Below are positions 16,679 through 27,594 of a stretch of 32,000 nt of DNA, one piece after another (within the stretch, counting starts at the first letter, position 1; every line of letters begins with the position of its first letter). Under the pieces are notes generated by a model, which was not told the DNA's origin, made no database searches, and saw only the letters and a program-made list of their open reading frames with translations. This DNA comes from Opitutales bacterium (GTDB lineage Bacteria; Verrucomicrobiota; Verrucomicrobiia; Opitutales; Coraliomargaritaceae): the NCBI GenBank assembly GCA_049606355.1, contig JBMYVL010000002.1:120001-152000 (forward strand), written 5' to 3'. The position numbers and the translations under genes were made by a program.

Positions 16679-18592
16679 TTAATAGGCTCGGCCGCTTTTA
16701 TTTTCAAAGTAGTTCACATAGGCGCGATTCAAGGTGGCGTACCCACCGGGCGTGGGATAGTTGCCGGTAAAGTACCAGTCGCCATTGTGCGTGGGAATCG
16801 CATCCCTCATCTTTGATACCGGCAAGAAGACGATTTCCAATTCACCGCTCCACGGAATTCCCTTTGGATAAACTAATTGTGCAATTTTCTGAGCGATTTG
16901 CTCGTCGGTATACCGATCATAAATGCGCCGCACGTGATTCTCCATTTCCGACGCAGGCTTGTCGGCCTGAGCGAGGCAATCATCGTAGACTTGCTTGAGG
17001 AGCGCCTCATCGCCGTCTTCTTTAACGAGCGCAATCGTTGCTTTAAATGCGATAAACTTACCGAGTTCCGACATGTCGATACCGTAGCAGTCCGGATACC
17101 GAATTTGCGGTGCCGTAGAGGCGATCACAATCTTACGTGGATTTGTACGGCTGAGTATGTTGAGGATCGACTCTTTCAGCGTTGTGCCGCGCACGATGGA
17201 ATCATCAATGCAAACAAGGCAATCTTCGGGCTGCACGACTCCGTATGTAATGTCGTATACATGCGAAACCAACTGAGCGCGGCCCTTTTCTTGGGATATA
17301 AAGGTGCGAAGTTTGATGTCCTTGTGAGCGATTTTCTCACCACGCGGCCAGTTGCCCATAATGAGCTCATCGAGCAAGGCTTCATCCAAGTTGCCCTTTT
17401 GCTGGGCATCCAAAATTGCTTGCTTCACTTCATGGCGACGATGGATACGAACGGATTCCAATAATCCATGGTAAGCCACTTCAGCAGTGTTGGGCACGAA
17501 GCTGAAGACACTCTGACTAAAGTTGTTGTCGATTGCCTGCACAACCTGCTCGAGCAAGGCAGCGCCGAGCGCTTTGCGCTCTCGGTAAATGTCTGCATCA
17601 TTACCACGCGAAAAATAAATACGCTCAAACGAACAGGGGGTAATTTGTTTCTTCTCCGTAAACGGCTCACAGTAGATGCGTCCATCGCTTTTCACGACAG
17701 TCGCCGTCCCCGGTTGCAATTCGCAAACATTCTCAATGGGTTGATTGAAGATCGTCATCAACGCCACGCGCTCCGAAGCAAACGCAATCACCTCATCATT
17801 CTGGAAGTAGAAGCACGGGCGTATGCCTTGCGGATCGCGCATAACGAAGGCATCTCCATTCCCAATTAAACCTGCGATCGCATAGCCACCATCCCACCCG
17901 GCGGCGGCTTTTTTAAGGATACGCACTGGATCGAGCTCGGCGCTAATAATACTCGGGATTTGTTTGCCCTCCATGTGCTGGTCGCGCATCCGGTGATAAA
18001 TCGCATCATGGGCTTCATCCAGATGGAAACCGATCCCCTCCAAGACCGCTTGTGTATCAGTTCCAAAGACCGGATGCTGGCCGCGATCAATTAAGGAACT
18101 GTTTAATTCCTTCTCGTTGGTAATGGTGAAGTTACCGGCCAACATTAAATTTTTGGTCGGCCAGTTGGATTCGCGAACATAAGGGTGACAACTCGCCGAG
18201 GAATAGACACCTGAAGTGCCATAGCGCAGGTGCCCCATGAGTGTTTCACCGCCAAAAGCAAAATGCTTTTTAACCGTATCGACGGATTCAGGACATATTT
18301 GCCCGCGATCTACCTTTTTAGTGTAGTCCTTTAATTGGCTCTGAAAAATACGTGCTAAAGAATTGGTCTTTATACTTCGCTCACGCGCCATGTAGGACTG
18401 ACCAGCGGGCATATCTAATTTAACACAACCGATACCCGCACCGTCTTGGCCGCGATTATGCTGCTTTTCCATCAACAGAAAGAGCTGATTGAAGCCGTAG
18501 AGTGGCGTACCGTATTTCTCCTGATAGAAACTCAGGGGCTTAAGGAGGCGGATCATTGCGATCCCGCATTCGTGCTTCAGAAAGTCGCTCAT
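16679..18592 (-). CDS. purF: amidophosphoribosyltransferase (long-form, class II glutamine amidotransferase + PRTase)
   Basis: A short propeptide precedes the N-terminal nucleophile Cys (MSDFLKHE|CGIAMIR). The PRPP-binding loop CLVCIDDSIVRGTTLK is present. The 637-aa length matches the long form I associate with Bacteroidota and PVC genomes. Confidence 0.88.
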   Translation of the reverse strand: MSDFLKHECGIAMIRLLKPLSFYQEKYGTPLYGFNQLFLLMEKQHNRGQDGAGIGCVKLDMPAGQSYMARERSIKTNSLARIFQSQLKDYTKKVDRGQICPESVDTVKKHFAFGGETLMGHLRYGTSGVYSSASCHPYVRESNWPTKNLMLAGNFTITNEKELNSSLIDRGQHPVFGTDTQAVLEGIGFHLDEAHDAIYHRMRDQHMEGKQIPSIISAELDPVRILKKAAAGWDGGYAIAGLIGNGDAFVMRDPQGIRPCFYFQNDEVIAFASERVALMTIFNQPIENVCELQPGTATVVKSDGRIYCEPFTEKKQITPCSFERIYFSRGNDADIYRERKALGAALLEQVVQAIDNNFSQSVFSFVPNTAEVAYHGLLESVRIHRRHEVKQAILDAQQKGNLDEALLDELIMGNWPRGEKIAHKDIKLRTFISQEKGRAQLVSHVYDITYGVVQPEDCLVCIDDSIVRGTTLKESILNILSRTNPRKIVIASTAPQIRYPDCYGIDMSELGKFIAFKATIALVKEDGDEALLKQVYDDCLAQADKPASEMENHVRRIYDRYTDEQIAQKIAQLVYPKGIPWSGELEIVFLPVSKMRDAIPTHNGDWYFTGNYPTPGGYATLNRAYVNYFENKSGRAY

Positions 18593-18765
18593 GTGATAAA
18601 AACGGACGCAGAGAAAAGGCTTTTTTTGTGGATGGCGATGCTAAGTTGCAAGATTCGATACCTAAACCCAGATCCGAGGGCGAATACAGTGCAAATTAGC
18701 GATTTCATTATTTTTTCAACAAAGCGTTGCAGTTCGACGCCTTGGACGGCACATGAATTAAACGC

Positions 18766-19176
18766 GTGGCCGACCGAAGTACAGAGCTGCCCGGCTTGCG
18801 GGTTAAGATCGACCGTATTGTGTATGTTCACGATACCGAGCAATTACCTGTCGATACGCCACACGCATTTATTTATTTCATAAGCATCTTCAATCTTTCG
18901 GATCGAGAAGTTACGCTCAAAGGCCGTCGTTGGGTAATCAATGAGAGCGACGGCCATCACAAGGTGATTGAGGGTGACGGCATCGTCGGCAAGGAGCCAG
19001 TACTTGGTCCTGGTGAAAAATTTAGCTACAACAGTTACCACGTCAGCCATTGCAACTGCCGGGCTGAAGGCTCATTTCATGGCATCGATGCGGATGGGAC
19101 TATCGTACACGTGCGGATCCCTGCCTTTGAAATGAACATCCCTCCGCAATCCGATCAGCCCAATTCGCCCTCATGA
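18766..19176 (+). CDS. apaG: ApaG (DUF525) domain protein
   Basis: 136 aa with a GTG start. The ApaG core pattern is present: FIYFISIFNLSDREVTLKGRRWVI...GDGIVGKEPVLGPGEKFSYNS...GSFHG...VRIPAF. Its stop overlaps the next gene's ATG (ATGA at 19173-19176). Confidence 0.85.
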   Translation: MADRSTELPGLRVKIDRIVYVHDTEQLPVDTPHAFIYFISIFNLSDREVTLKGRRWVINESDGHHKVIEGDGIVGKEPVLGPGEKFSYNSYHVSHCNCRAEGSFHGIDADGTIVHVRIPAFEMNIPPQSDQPNSPS

Positions 19177-20531
19177 AACTAACGGATCTAAACCGTCATG
19201 GCGGTATCGGGGCAAATGCTCATTTAGTTCAAATTGGCGCCTTTAATCTGTTAGTCGACTGTGGCCTACATCCGAAAAAGCTCGGCAAAGACGCAATGCC
19301 TGACTTCGAGCCGATCGGGTCAGTGGACCTCGACCTTATAATTCTAACGCATTGCCACCTCGACCATCTGGGTTCGTTGCCGGTTATCGCAGGCATGCAC
19401 CCGCACGCATCCATCCTCACGAGTATTCCTAATGTAATATTGGCGCCGCGTATGCTTCGCAATTCGGTCAATGTGATGAAACGCCAACGCGAAGAGCACG
19501 GGCTCGTCGACTATCCGCTCTTTTTACACCGCGACATTGCTCACGTGAATCGGCAACTCATTGCGCAGCGCTTTGAGCGTGGAGAAGTTTATAGCAAGAA
19601 CGGTGATCAAATTGAAGTTATTCTTCATCCTGCAGGACATGTGGCAGGTGCTGCAGCGGTCGAATTGATCCACGAGCAGCGACGGATTGTCTTCTCCGGA
19701 GATTTGCTTTTTGAGGCACAGCGCACACTGACGGGCGCACACCTACCCAAGGGGCCGATTGATACACTTATTCTGGAAACTACGCGAGGCGCTCACGAAC
19801 GCTGCCCGAATACAACACGAGCCACTGAAGTCGATCGACTCATCGATCAGATTGAAGCGATCCTGGATCGTGGCGGCAGCTGCTTGATCCCCGTTTTTGC
19901 GCTTGGGCGTATGCAAGAGGTCTTCAAACTAATTTATGAAGCGCGAAATTACGGTCGACTGCCACGCTGCCCTATTTTTGCCGCAGGCCTAGGCATGGAT
20001 CTGTGCAATTATTTTGATAAGATTCGCAAGAAAACGCACCTAATTGATTTTGATAGCAGCCTGCTCGATCAAATGCGCGTCAAAAGCCTAGATTTTAATT
20101 TGCGCCCAGGGCGCGACTTACCTCAGAAGGGTATCTACATTGTTAGTAGTGGCATGATGGTCGAGCATACCCCCTCGTACAAACTAGCTGCAGCACTGTT
20201 ACCGCATGCACATAATGGTATCTGCTTTGTTGGCTACTGCGATCCGGATACTCCTGGTGGCGCCTTGCTGCAGGAGCGCGATTCGTCTCACTTTTACTTT
20301 GAGGCACTTGACTATCGAGCACGCCGATTAGCCACTGTGGATCAATTTGACTTAAGTGGGCATGCCAATCGGGAGGAACTGGTCGACTATGCCATACAGT
20401 CTGAAGCTCGTAACGTCGTGCTCACACACGGAGAAGGCGAAGCCCGCAAATGGTTCCTCGACACATTAGGTCGACACATGCCGGAGGCGACATTGCTCGA
20501 TCCGGAACCTTGTGTTGCTTATGTCCTTTAG
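19173..20531 (+). CDS. beta-CASP family metallo-beta-lactamase-fold nuclease (RNA-processing type)
   Basis: Motifs present: HxHxDH (ILTHCHLDHLG), HPAGHVAGAA, FSGDL, beta-CASP motif A region LILETTRG, LSGHANREEL (motif C His), and a final VVLTHGE. Confidence 0.85.
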   Translation: MKLTDLNRHGGIGANAHLVQIGAFNLLVDCGLHPKKLGKDAMPDFEPIGSVDLDLIILTHCHLDHLGSLPVIAGMHPHASILTSIPNVILAPRMLRNSVNVMKRQREEHGLVDYPLFLHRDIAHVNRQLIAQRFERGEVYSKNGDQIEVILHPAGHVAGAAAVELIHEQRRIVFSGDLLFEAQRTLTGAHLPKGPIDTLILETTRGAHERCPNTTRATEVDRLIDQIEAILDRGGSCLIPVFALGRMQEVFKLIYEARNYGRLPRCPIFAAGLGMDLCNYFDKIRKKTHLIDFDSSLLDQMRVKSLDFNLRPGRDLPQKGIYIVSSGMMVEHTPSYKLAAALLPHAHNGICFVGYCDPDTPGGALLQERDSSHFYFEALDYRARRLATVDQFDLSGHANREELVDYAIQSEARNVVLTHGEGEARKWFLDTLGRHMPEATLLDPEPCVAYVL

Positions 20532-20685
20532 GATGAGCAGGAGCGTATTTTAAAGACCGTTTAACGCGATCATTACCATTGACTTCCTGTAACTGCGTCG
20601 CCGTGATCGCGCGCTGATTTGGACCGCACTGCCGATGCATGCTTGAGCGGTTATTTTTACACGCAGCAGCTACGCTCCCACTATA

Positions 20686-22515
20686 ATGAACGCCAAACAT
20701 ATTCGTAATATCGCCATCATCGCGCACGTCGACCACGGCAAGACCACACTTGTTGACTGCTTGCTCGAGCAAGCCGGAACCTTTCGCGAAAACCAGCAAG
20801 TTGAAGAGCGCGCGATGGACTCAATGGATCTCGAGCGCGAAAAGGGCATCACCATTAAGGCCAAAAATACTGCGGTCAAATGGACCAATCCGAACGATGG
20901 GATTGATTATACCATTAATATTGTCGATACGCCCGGACACGCTGATTTCGGTGCCGAAGTTGAGCGAGTGATGAAAATGGTCGATGGTGTACTGCTGCTC
21001 ACCGATGCCGTGGGAGGCCCTCAGGCGCAAACGCGCTGGGTTTTACGTAAAGCACTCGATGCTGGCCTGAAAACAATTTGTGTGATCAATAAAATTGATC
21101 GCGATACTTCGCGACCCGATTGGGTGCACGACAAAGTGCTTGAGCTTTTTCTCGATCTGGAGGCTGACGACGATCAGTTCAATGCTCCGTTTTTGTACGC
21201 TTCAGCAAAAATGGGCTTCGCCGATCGTGCCGTGGATGGACCGCGCGAGAACATGAACGACCTCTTTGAAACGATCGTAGAGCGTATTCCACCACCGATG
21301 GTCGAAGGCGGCCCCTTCCGCATGCTGGTTTCGAACATTGATTGGGATGACTACGTTGGGCGTATGGCAATTGGTCGAATATTATCCGGCACGATTGAGC
21401 AGGGTCAAAACGTCGTCGCATTGCGAAAAGACGGGCGCAAACAAAAGGTCAAAATTACGAAAATGAAGACCTTCTCAGGACTTGCAACGGACGATGTCTC
21501 CAGTGCGGTGGCTGGCGATATCGTTGGACTCGCAGGCTTTGACGATGTTGATATTGGCGATACCTTATCTGCAAATGACGACGCTGAACCGCTACCCTTC
21601 GTCGAACTCGACCCTGCTACGGTGCAGATGGAGTTCTCCGTGAATAATGGGCCTCTGGCGGGTAAGGACGGCAAGAAAGTCACCTCCCGACAAATTCGTG
21701 AGCGACTCATCCGTGAAACGCAGTCCAACATTTCGATTTCAGTTGAAGACACTGACAAGGGTACGACCTTTCTTGTAAACGCGCGCGGTGCGATGCAAAT
21801 TGCAGTGCTCGTTGAAACGATGCGTCGTGAAGGGTTTGAAGTACTCGTCTCACGCCCGACGGTTCTTTATAAAAACATCGATGGTCAACAACATGAACCC
21901 TTTGAGCAGGTTTGGGTTGAAACCCCTGAAGATCAGCTCGGCGGCATCATGGAGAATTTGGCGAAGCGCAAGGGCAAGGTCACGCACATGGAGCATCATA
22001 ACGCAGGGGTTACAGTTGAAGCAGAGATCCCTACCCGCGGACTGATTGGCTTCGAGAGTGATCTGGTAACCATGACTTCCGGGCACGGAGTTATGAGCCA
22101 TTCTTTTTTGGAGTATCGCCCACACTGCGGTGAAATCACAACACGACTGACCGGGACACTAGTCAGCATGGAGTTAGGTAAGGCCATGCCGTACGCACTG
22201 GATAATATTCAGACGCGCGGTAAGTTGTTTATTGCACCGGGCGAAGAGGTTTACAGCGGCATGATTGTTGGCGAAAATCCACGACAGGAAGATATGCCCG
22301 TTAACCCTGCGAAAGCCAAACAGCTGGATAACATGCGCGCCTCTGGCTCAGATAAAGGCATCCAGCTTGCGCCCCCCATCACTTTTTCATTGGAGAGAGC
22401 CATTGAATATATCGCGCCCGATGAACTCGTTGAAGCGACACCCAATTTCCTGCGGATGCGCAAGCGCGAGCTCGACCACAACGTACGGCGTAAATTGGCC
22501 AAGACGGGCAAGTAG
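20686..22515 (+). CDS. typA: translational GTPase TypA/BipA
   Basis: 609 aa. Contains [33 protein letters not shown] and NKIDR, plus the TypA-specific C-terminal domain ([29 protein letters not shown]). Confidence 0.96.
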   Translation: MNAKHIRNIAIIAHVDHGKTTLVDCLLEQAGTFRENQQVEERAMDSMDLEREKGITIKAKNTAVKWTNPNDGIDYTINIVDTPGHADFGAEVERVMKMVDGVLLLTDAVGGPQAQTRWVLRKALDAGLKTICVINKIDRDTSRPDWVHDKVLELFLDLEADDDQFNAPFLYASAKMGFADRAVDGPRENMNDLFETIVERIPPPMVEGGPFRMLVSNIDWDDYVGRMAIGRILSGTIEQGQNVVALRKDGRKQKVKITKMKTFSGLATDDVSSAVAGDIVGLAGFDDVDIGDTLSANDDAEPLPFVELDPATVQMEFSVNNGPLAGKDGKKVTSRQIRERLIRETQSNISISVEDTDKGTTFLVNARGAMQIAVLVETMRREGFEVLVSRPTVLYKNIDGQQHEPFEQVWVETPEDQLGGIMENLAKRKGKVTHMEHHNAGVTVEAEIPTRGLIGFESDLVTMTSGHGVMSHSFLEYRPHCGEITTRLTGTLVSMELGKAMPYALDNIQTRGKLFIAPGEEVYSGMIVGENPRQEDMPVNPAKAKQLDNMRASGSDKGIQLAPPITFSLERAIEYIAPDELVEATPNFLRMRKRELDHNVRRKLAKTGK

Positions 22516-22613
22516 TCCCGCCGCTCTAGGGTTGTCGCTATAGTCACATGCCCTGCTCGGATGTTTTAAGTGGACTTCGTATACGCTAGCAACTGTTCTA
22601 ACACAGTAAACTG

Positions 22614-23102
22614 ATGAAGATTGCGATCTACCCAGGATCATTTGATCCGATCACCAACGGACACTTGGATGTCATCAATCGTGCGCGACGCATTTTTGAT
22701 AAGGTCGTCATTGCTGTCGCTCGCAATGCCAGTAAGAGCGCACTCTTCTCAGCAGAGGAACGCGTGCAAATGATTGAGGCCAATATTGTCGGTCGTCCCA
22801 ACTTGAGCGTGCTTGCCTTTGATGGCTTAATCGTAGACCTCGCGGTCGAACTCAAGGCCGTTGCACTGATTCGTGGCATGCGCGCAGTATCGGATTTTGA
22901 GCATGAGTTTCAAATGGCACAAATGAATCGCCATTTAGATGAACGCGTCGAGACAGTCTTCCTGATGCCAAACGAAAAGTACTTCTTTACGAGCTCGTCC
23001 CTTATCAAGCAAGTACATGCATTCACCAATCGTAAGACGGATCTAGTGCCGGATAATGTCTATCGGTCCTTGTGTGATAAGTTTGGTACTACGGATCAGT
23101 GA
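22614..23102 (+). CDS. coaD: phosphopantetheine adenylyltransferase
   Basis: 162 aa. Contains [21 protein letters not shown] (nucleotidyltransferase HxGH motif), [13 protein letters not shown] and a C-terminal FTSSSLIK. Confidence 0.95.
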   Translation: MKIAIYPGSFDPITNGHLDVINRARRIFDKVVIAVARNASKSALFSAEERVQMIEANIVGRPNLSVLAFDGLIVDLAVELKAVALIRGMRAVSDFEHEFQMAQMNRHLDERVETVFLMPNEKYFFTSSSLIKQVHAFTNRKTDLVPDNVYRSLCDKFGTTDQ

Positions 23103-23207
23103 AGTCTCGATACTCGCAGCGATCCTAATCCTGCAACACTGGATCTATACAAGATAGTATTGCCTGATTTGCATCCTTCGCCGCCATCGTTTAAATGCCG
23201 CCTCGAT

Positions 23208-24557
23208 ATGTCTTCTGAAACCAGTCCGCCCGTAAGTATGCGACCGAAGAAAACGCTCGGTATCGTATTCTTGACACTCTTTTTGGATCTAGTCGGCTTC
23301 TCCATTATTTTCCCGCTCTTCCCGGCAATGTTGGATTATTATCTGCCGAACGGGCCAAATGATTCAAACCTATTGGGGCAATGGATCGCCCCCCTTTTTC
23401 ACTGGGCGGAAAGTACTGGAGCAGCTAATCCCAAATTCATGACTTCGGTGTTATTTGGAGGTATTCTGGGCTCTCTTTACTCGATCCTTCAGTTCGTCTG
23501 CGCGCCACTCTGGGGCACTTATTCCGATCGAGTTGGACGCCGTAAGGTACTGCTGATAACAATTGCAGGGTTAGCCTTGAGTTACGCTGCGTGGTTTTTT
23601 GCAGCCTCCTTTTGGGTGCTTGTCCTGGCGCGAATCGTCGGCGGTGCGATGGGTGGGAATTTATCCGTAGCGACCGCAGTGGTAGCCGATGTCACTAAAG
23701 CTTCTAAGCGCTCCAGTGGCATGGCCATTGTTGGGGTCGCCTTCGGCTTAGGCTTCATTGTTGGACCCGCACTGGGTGGCTTGAGCGCTTCCGTTAACTT
23801 ACTCGATTATGCACCTAATTTAGCTCGCTACGGCGTGAACCCCTTCTCAGTGCCTGCGCTCATTAGTTTTGTTTTGGCTATCGCCAATCTGATTTGGGTG
23901 ATGCAGGCATTCCAGGAGACACTTCCCGAAAGCAAGCGCACGAACGAAGCAGCAGGTCAACCATGGGCACTTTTCAAACGTTTTCAAAGCCCGTCGATTG
24001 AAACCCGACGAGCCAACTGGACCTACCTTGTCTTCATGTTAGCATTCAGTGGAATGGAGTTCACCCTCACTTTTCTTGCTGTGGAGCGCTTCGCCTTTCG
24101 ACCCGTCGATAATGGAATGCTGTTTGTTTTCATTGGCTTTATTATGATCCTGGTTCAAGGAGGCATCGTTCGGAGGCTTGCTGGAAGTAGCGTAGAGAAG
24201 CAGCTGACCATCGGTGGACTGTGCTGCGGCGTCCTTGCCTTCGGTTTGTTGGCGCATGCTCAAAATCTAAAGTTGTTTTTGGTGGCACTCGCCTGCATGG
24301 CTTTCTCTATAGGCTTGGTGTCACCTACTTTGAGCGCTCTTGTCTCGCTCTACTCAAAAGAAAATGCCCAAGGTCAAGCGCTTGGCGTGTTTCGTTCTGC
24401 AGGCTCCCTGGCACGCGCAGTTGGGCCCCTACTGGCTGCACTTGTTTATTTCAATTACGGCTCCGACAGCGCCTATTTATTTGGTGCAGCCCTACTCGTC
24501 CTGCCGCTCCTCTTGGCCCTGCAGTTACCGAAGCCAGGAACGCGCCTCACTCCTTAA
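23208..24557 (+). CDS. MFS transporter (DHA1-like drug/metabolite:H+ antiporter family)
   Basis: About 12 predicted TM helices, with MFS motif [15 protein letters not shown] between TM2 and TM3. The start is set at ATG 23208; the track start 23160 is TTG. The substrate cannot be read from the sequence. Confidence 0.85.
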   Translation: MSSETSPPVSMRPKKTLGIVFLTLFLDLVGFSIIFPLFPAMLDYYLPNGPNDSNLLGQWIAPLFHWAESTGAANPKFMTSVLFGGILGSLYSILQFVCAPLWGTYSDRVGRRKVLLITIAGLALSYAAWFFAASFWVLVLARIVGGAMGGNLSVATAVVADVTKASKRSSGMAIVGVAFGLGFIVGPALGGLSASVNLLDYAPNLARYGVNPFSVPALISFVLAIANLIWVMQAFQETLPESKRTNEAAGQPWALFKRFQSPSIETRRANWTYLVFMLAFSGMEFTLTFLAVERFAFRPVDNGMLFVFIGFIMILVQGGIVRRLAGSSVEKQLTIGGLCCGVLAFGLLAHAQNLKLFLVALACMAFSIGLVSPTLSALVSLYSKENAQGQALGVFRSAGSLARAVGPLLAALVYFNYGSDSAYLFGAALLVLPLLLALQLPKPGTRLTP

Positions 24558-26287
24558 GCTCGTGGCACAAGCCACATCGCCTGATAGGGCTTTAGCTTGA
24601 TGTCTGCACCACTTCGTAAAAGTCGCGCTGAAAGGATATCATAGTAGCTCGTCGCAGTATCGAAAAAGTTCGCGACATAGCTAGTTTCAATCTGTTGCGG
24701 CATATCAGTAAAGTTATAGGCACATAAGAGCACCTCATCTTGATTCACTGCGGTCCGGCTATGAACAAACAAATGCGGCCCCAGATCATAGATCTCTTGG
24801 TCGGCATCGGGGTGAAATGCAGGATGATTGGACCGGCGCCGTAACATCTGCGTGTAAGTCTCGAAGACCCTATTTGCTATTGGGTCCTCGAGGTGAGCGC
24901 CGAGTTTGGCTAGATTCCACTTGTGACGATTGATGCGTCGATTCATTCCGCTTTCGTCGACGCCTGCAGTGTCATTTGGGCTGGCAGTTAGACTATGGAG
25001 ATAAACGCCCGGAATTCCGCGGAGTGAGAGCATCAGTGCTTGTGAACAAAGAAATCGCTGCGCCCCCAGGTCCGGGTGTTGGGCATCTGCCAAAGCCGAG
25101 AAGTAAGTGATGTTTAACTCATAAGGCTGCTTGGAACCATCGGGCATTCCTCGCCAGCTGATTTTACCCCCTGCCCTTTCGACATGCTGGATTAAGCGAT
25201 CCGTTTCAGATTTCGGCAAAAGCCCCTCGATAGGACGCACGCCGATGCCGTCATGACTGGCTGTAAAATTAAAGAACGTGCAGCCTGTGGGCGGTGGGGC
25301 TAGTTCTGTCGCCCATTGAGTCAGATAACTTGCGTTGCCGGTTATTAAACCATGTAAGAGCAATGGCGGTAAGCTAAATTGATACACCATCTGCGCCTCA
25401 TCGCCGGCCCCGAAATAACTTATATTCTCTTCGTGTGGTACGTTCGTCTCTGTTAATAGTACGGCTTGCGGAGCGATGATTTCGAGTATGTCGCGCAAGA
25501 GGCGTACTATTTCATGCGTTTCGGGCTCATGAATACACTTTGTACCGTTATTTTTCCAAAGAAATGCCACGGCATCGAGACGTACAATTCGCATTCCCTT
25601 TGATAAATACCACATTAGGATATCGATAAACTCAAACAGCACATCCGGATTTTGCCAATTCAGGTCAACTTGATCGGCTGAAAAAGTCGTCCAAAGATAC
25701 GATTCGCCATCACGAGTGCGCGTTGGAGTCAATAAGGGGCTGGTGCGCGGCCGGACGACTTGTGAGTAATCGCCCTCGGGATCCATCTCTAAAAAGTAAT
25801 GTCGCGCCGGCTCGATACCCGCTATATAATCATTAAACCAACTACTTCGCGAGGAGCAGTGGTTTAACACGAGGTCAAACATCAGATCAAAATCGCCACC
25901 GAGTTGCTCAATTTCACCCCATGTCCCGCATTCGGGATCGACCTGGCGGTAATCAATTACCGAAAAGCCATCATCTGAGGACCACGGACAAAAGGGCAGC
26001 AAATGTATGGTACGGATCGCCCCCTTTAAATGCTGGCAGGCGAAGGAATGAAGCGCTGCCAGCGGTGAACCCAAGCACGCATCTTGTATGGAATCGGCAT
26101 AGGTGATCAGGACGGTATCGCGTTCATCCCAATGGCTTGCAGTGCTCGCACTCGTAGTGTCTTCAACGCCATAGCGCCCAATCATCATAAAAAATCGCTC
26201 GAGGAGCTGCTCTGATTGCCCTCCATATAAATGCATTAAGCGACGACGTACACGCTGTAGCTGTTCTTTGGAGACCGACTTCATCAT
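24554..26287 (-). CDS. GH13 subfamily 18-type sugar phosphorylase (sucrose phosphorylase family; specificity unknown)
   Basis: 577 aa with GH13 conserved regions [22 protein letters not shown] (nucleophile Asp), VLLTETN (acid/base Glu) and [10 protein letters not shown]. There is no signal peptide. The layout matches sucrose-phosphorylase-like enzymes rather than amylases. Confidence 0.85.
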   Translation of the reverse strand: MMKSVSKEQLQRVRRRLMHLYGGQSEQLLERFFMMIGRYGVEDTTSASTASHWDERDTVLITYADSIQDACLGSPLAALHSFACQHLKGAIRTIHLLPFCPWSSDDGFSVIDYRQVDPECGTWGEIEQLGGDFDLMFDLVLNHCSSRSSWFNDYIAGIEPARHYFLEMDPEGDYSQVVRPRTSPLLTPTRTRDGESYLWTTFSADQVDLNWQNPDVLFEFIDILMWYLSKGMRIVRLDAVAFLWKNNGTKCIHEPETHEIVRLLRDILEIIAPQAVLLTETNVPHEENISYFGAGDEAQMVYQFSLPPLLLHGLITGNASYLTQWATELAPPPTGCTFFNFTASHDGIGVRPIEGLLPKSETDRLIQHVERAGGKISWRGMPDGSKQPYELNITYFSALADAQHPDLGAQRFLCSQALMLSLRGIPGVYLHSLTASPNDTAGVDESGMNRRINRHKWNLAKLGAHLEDPIANRVFETYTQMLRRRSNHPAFHPDADQEIYDLGPHLFVHSRTAVNQDEVLLCAYNFTDMPQQIETSYVANFFDTATSYYDILSARLLRSGADIKLKPYQAMWLVPRA

Positions 26288-27594
26288 TTGGATTCACCCT
26301 TCATATTGTCGTTCTTGCGAGCGGTTCTCGCCGGAGCATCACCAGTAAGTTGCGCAATGTGTTGTCTGAGCAGGCGCCGTAACACTGTGTAACTATAGTA
26401 CTGACGAGCGACCGCGTAATTATGGTCCACGATGGAACGTCGGTAGTCCACATCTTCGATCACACGTCGTACCCGTGCGACCAATTGGGGTGTGATGAAA
26501 CCGTCCATTTCCAGTAACTTAAAGCCCTTCGGTTCGATATCTTGTACATAAATTGAATATCGATTAATAATCACGGGGACACGGAAGTAGATCGCCTCCA
26601 ACAATGCATTACCAAAGCCTTCGTAGGTGCTTGGATAAGTCATTAGATCTGCGTGGCGATAAATGTCCCAAAGAGTGTAGATCTTATTGCCCTCGTGGTC
26701 CACTTGGCGAACCTCACCGATCCGAGCTGCAAAAAAGCGCAGATCCACGCCCTCTTGTTCCGCTAACTCCATTAGGCGGTATTTGTAATCATGCCCCTCA
26801 TCTCCAGCATCGTGCGAAATCACTAATTTACAACGCGCATCATTAAGCATCCCTACGAGCTTGATCGCATGCTCAATCCCTTTTCGTGGCACAATCCGAG
26901 TCGGTTGCAGAATCAGAATATCGTCATGGCTTATGCCAATTTCCGCACGGATATCTGAAGTATAAGGGTCGTGCGTATCCGGCGGTGGATTATCAAAATC
27001 GAAGACGTTCGGCATCAATGAGGCGGAAACCCCTTTGCGTAAGGCCAATTGTTCAATGGCAGCCTGATTAATCCCAATATGATGAAGGTTTGGCAGGTTT
27101 GGTGGGAATGCCATGTCTAAATAATCCTTTACGGCACCAACCGAAAATCGAGTGCGCTCCCAATAAAAATCGTGTTGATGCGCTATTGCTGGCATCTGTG
27201 TTTCTGCAAGGAATTCGGTCAACGCGATGCCAAGGGGTACATGCATCGGAATTGCGAGTACGTTTTGGGGAATTAAAAGGTCGATTTTGTGATAGTCGAC
27301 AAATGCATATAAGGTGCGTTTTAAATAATTGGCTAGTTCACGAATGCGCTCACTCACCTTAGGGTCACGTTGAGTATGCCCCCATATACGCTGATTAATC
27401 CACTCGTTCTCGGGGTGCCCAAAATAGGCTTCGGGGACACAATAACTACAGCCCGGATCGCGATCATTTCTACCACTGTACCAGAAACTTACATGTGCAT
27501 CATCCCAGAGCACTTCCGCCCATTTGGCACTCTCTAGCGACACACCGTCAGAACCGGCAAAACGCGTTGAAATAAAACCAATATTTTTGGACAT
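26284..27594 (-). CDS. GT4 family (GT-B, retaining) glycosyltransferase
   Basis: 436 aa. The N-terminus reads IGFISTRFAGSDGVSLE and the C-terminal domain carries E-x7-E (YPSTYEGFGNALLEAIYFRVPVI). Its TGA stop overlaps the ATG of the downstream phosphorylase (ATGA at 26287-26284 on the minus strand). Confidence 0.85.
   Translation of the reverse strand: MSKNIGFISTRFAGSDGVSLESAKWAEVLWDDAHVSFWYSGRNDRDPGCSYCVPEAYFGHPENEWINQRIWGHTQRDPKVSERIRELANYLKRTLYAFVDYHKIDLLIPQNVLAIPMHVPLGIALTEFLAETQMPAIAHQHDFYWERTRFSVGAVKDYLDMAFPPNLPNLHHIGINQAAIEQLALRKGVSASLMPNVFDFDNPPPDTHDPYTSDIRAEIGISHDDILILQPTRIVPRKGIEHAIKLVGMLNDARCKLVISHDAGDEGHDYKYRLMELAEQEGVDLRFFAARIGEVRQVDHEGNKIYTLWDIYRHADLMTYPSTYEGFGNALLEAIYFRVPVIINRYSIYVQDIEPKGFKLLEMDGFITPQLVARVRRVIEDVDYRRSIVDHNYAVARQYYSYTVLRRLLRQHIAQLTGDAPARTARKNDNMKGESK

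Noticed and set aside
20682-20687. A perfect TATAAT hexamer immediately at the typA start.
   Set aside because: It overlaps the ATG itself (20686-20688), so transcription from it would start inside the coding region and remove the conserved N-terminus. There is no well-spaced -35; TTTACA lies 20 nt upstream. It is probably coincidental.
23208-24557. The MFS transporter resembles TetA-type (DHA1) efflux pumps, which raises the possibility of an antibiotic-resistance gene.
   Set aside because: Motif A (GxxSDRxGRR) is generic to the DHA1 family. There is no tetR-like regulator, mobile-element context or compositional break, so substrate specificity cannot be claimed.
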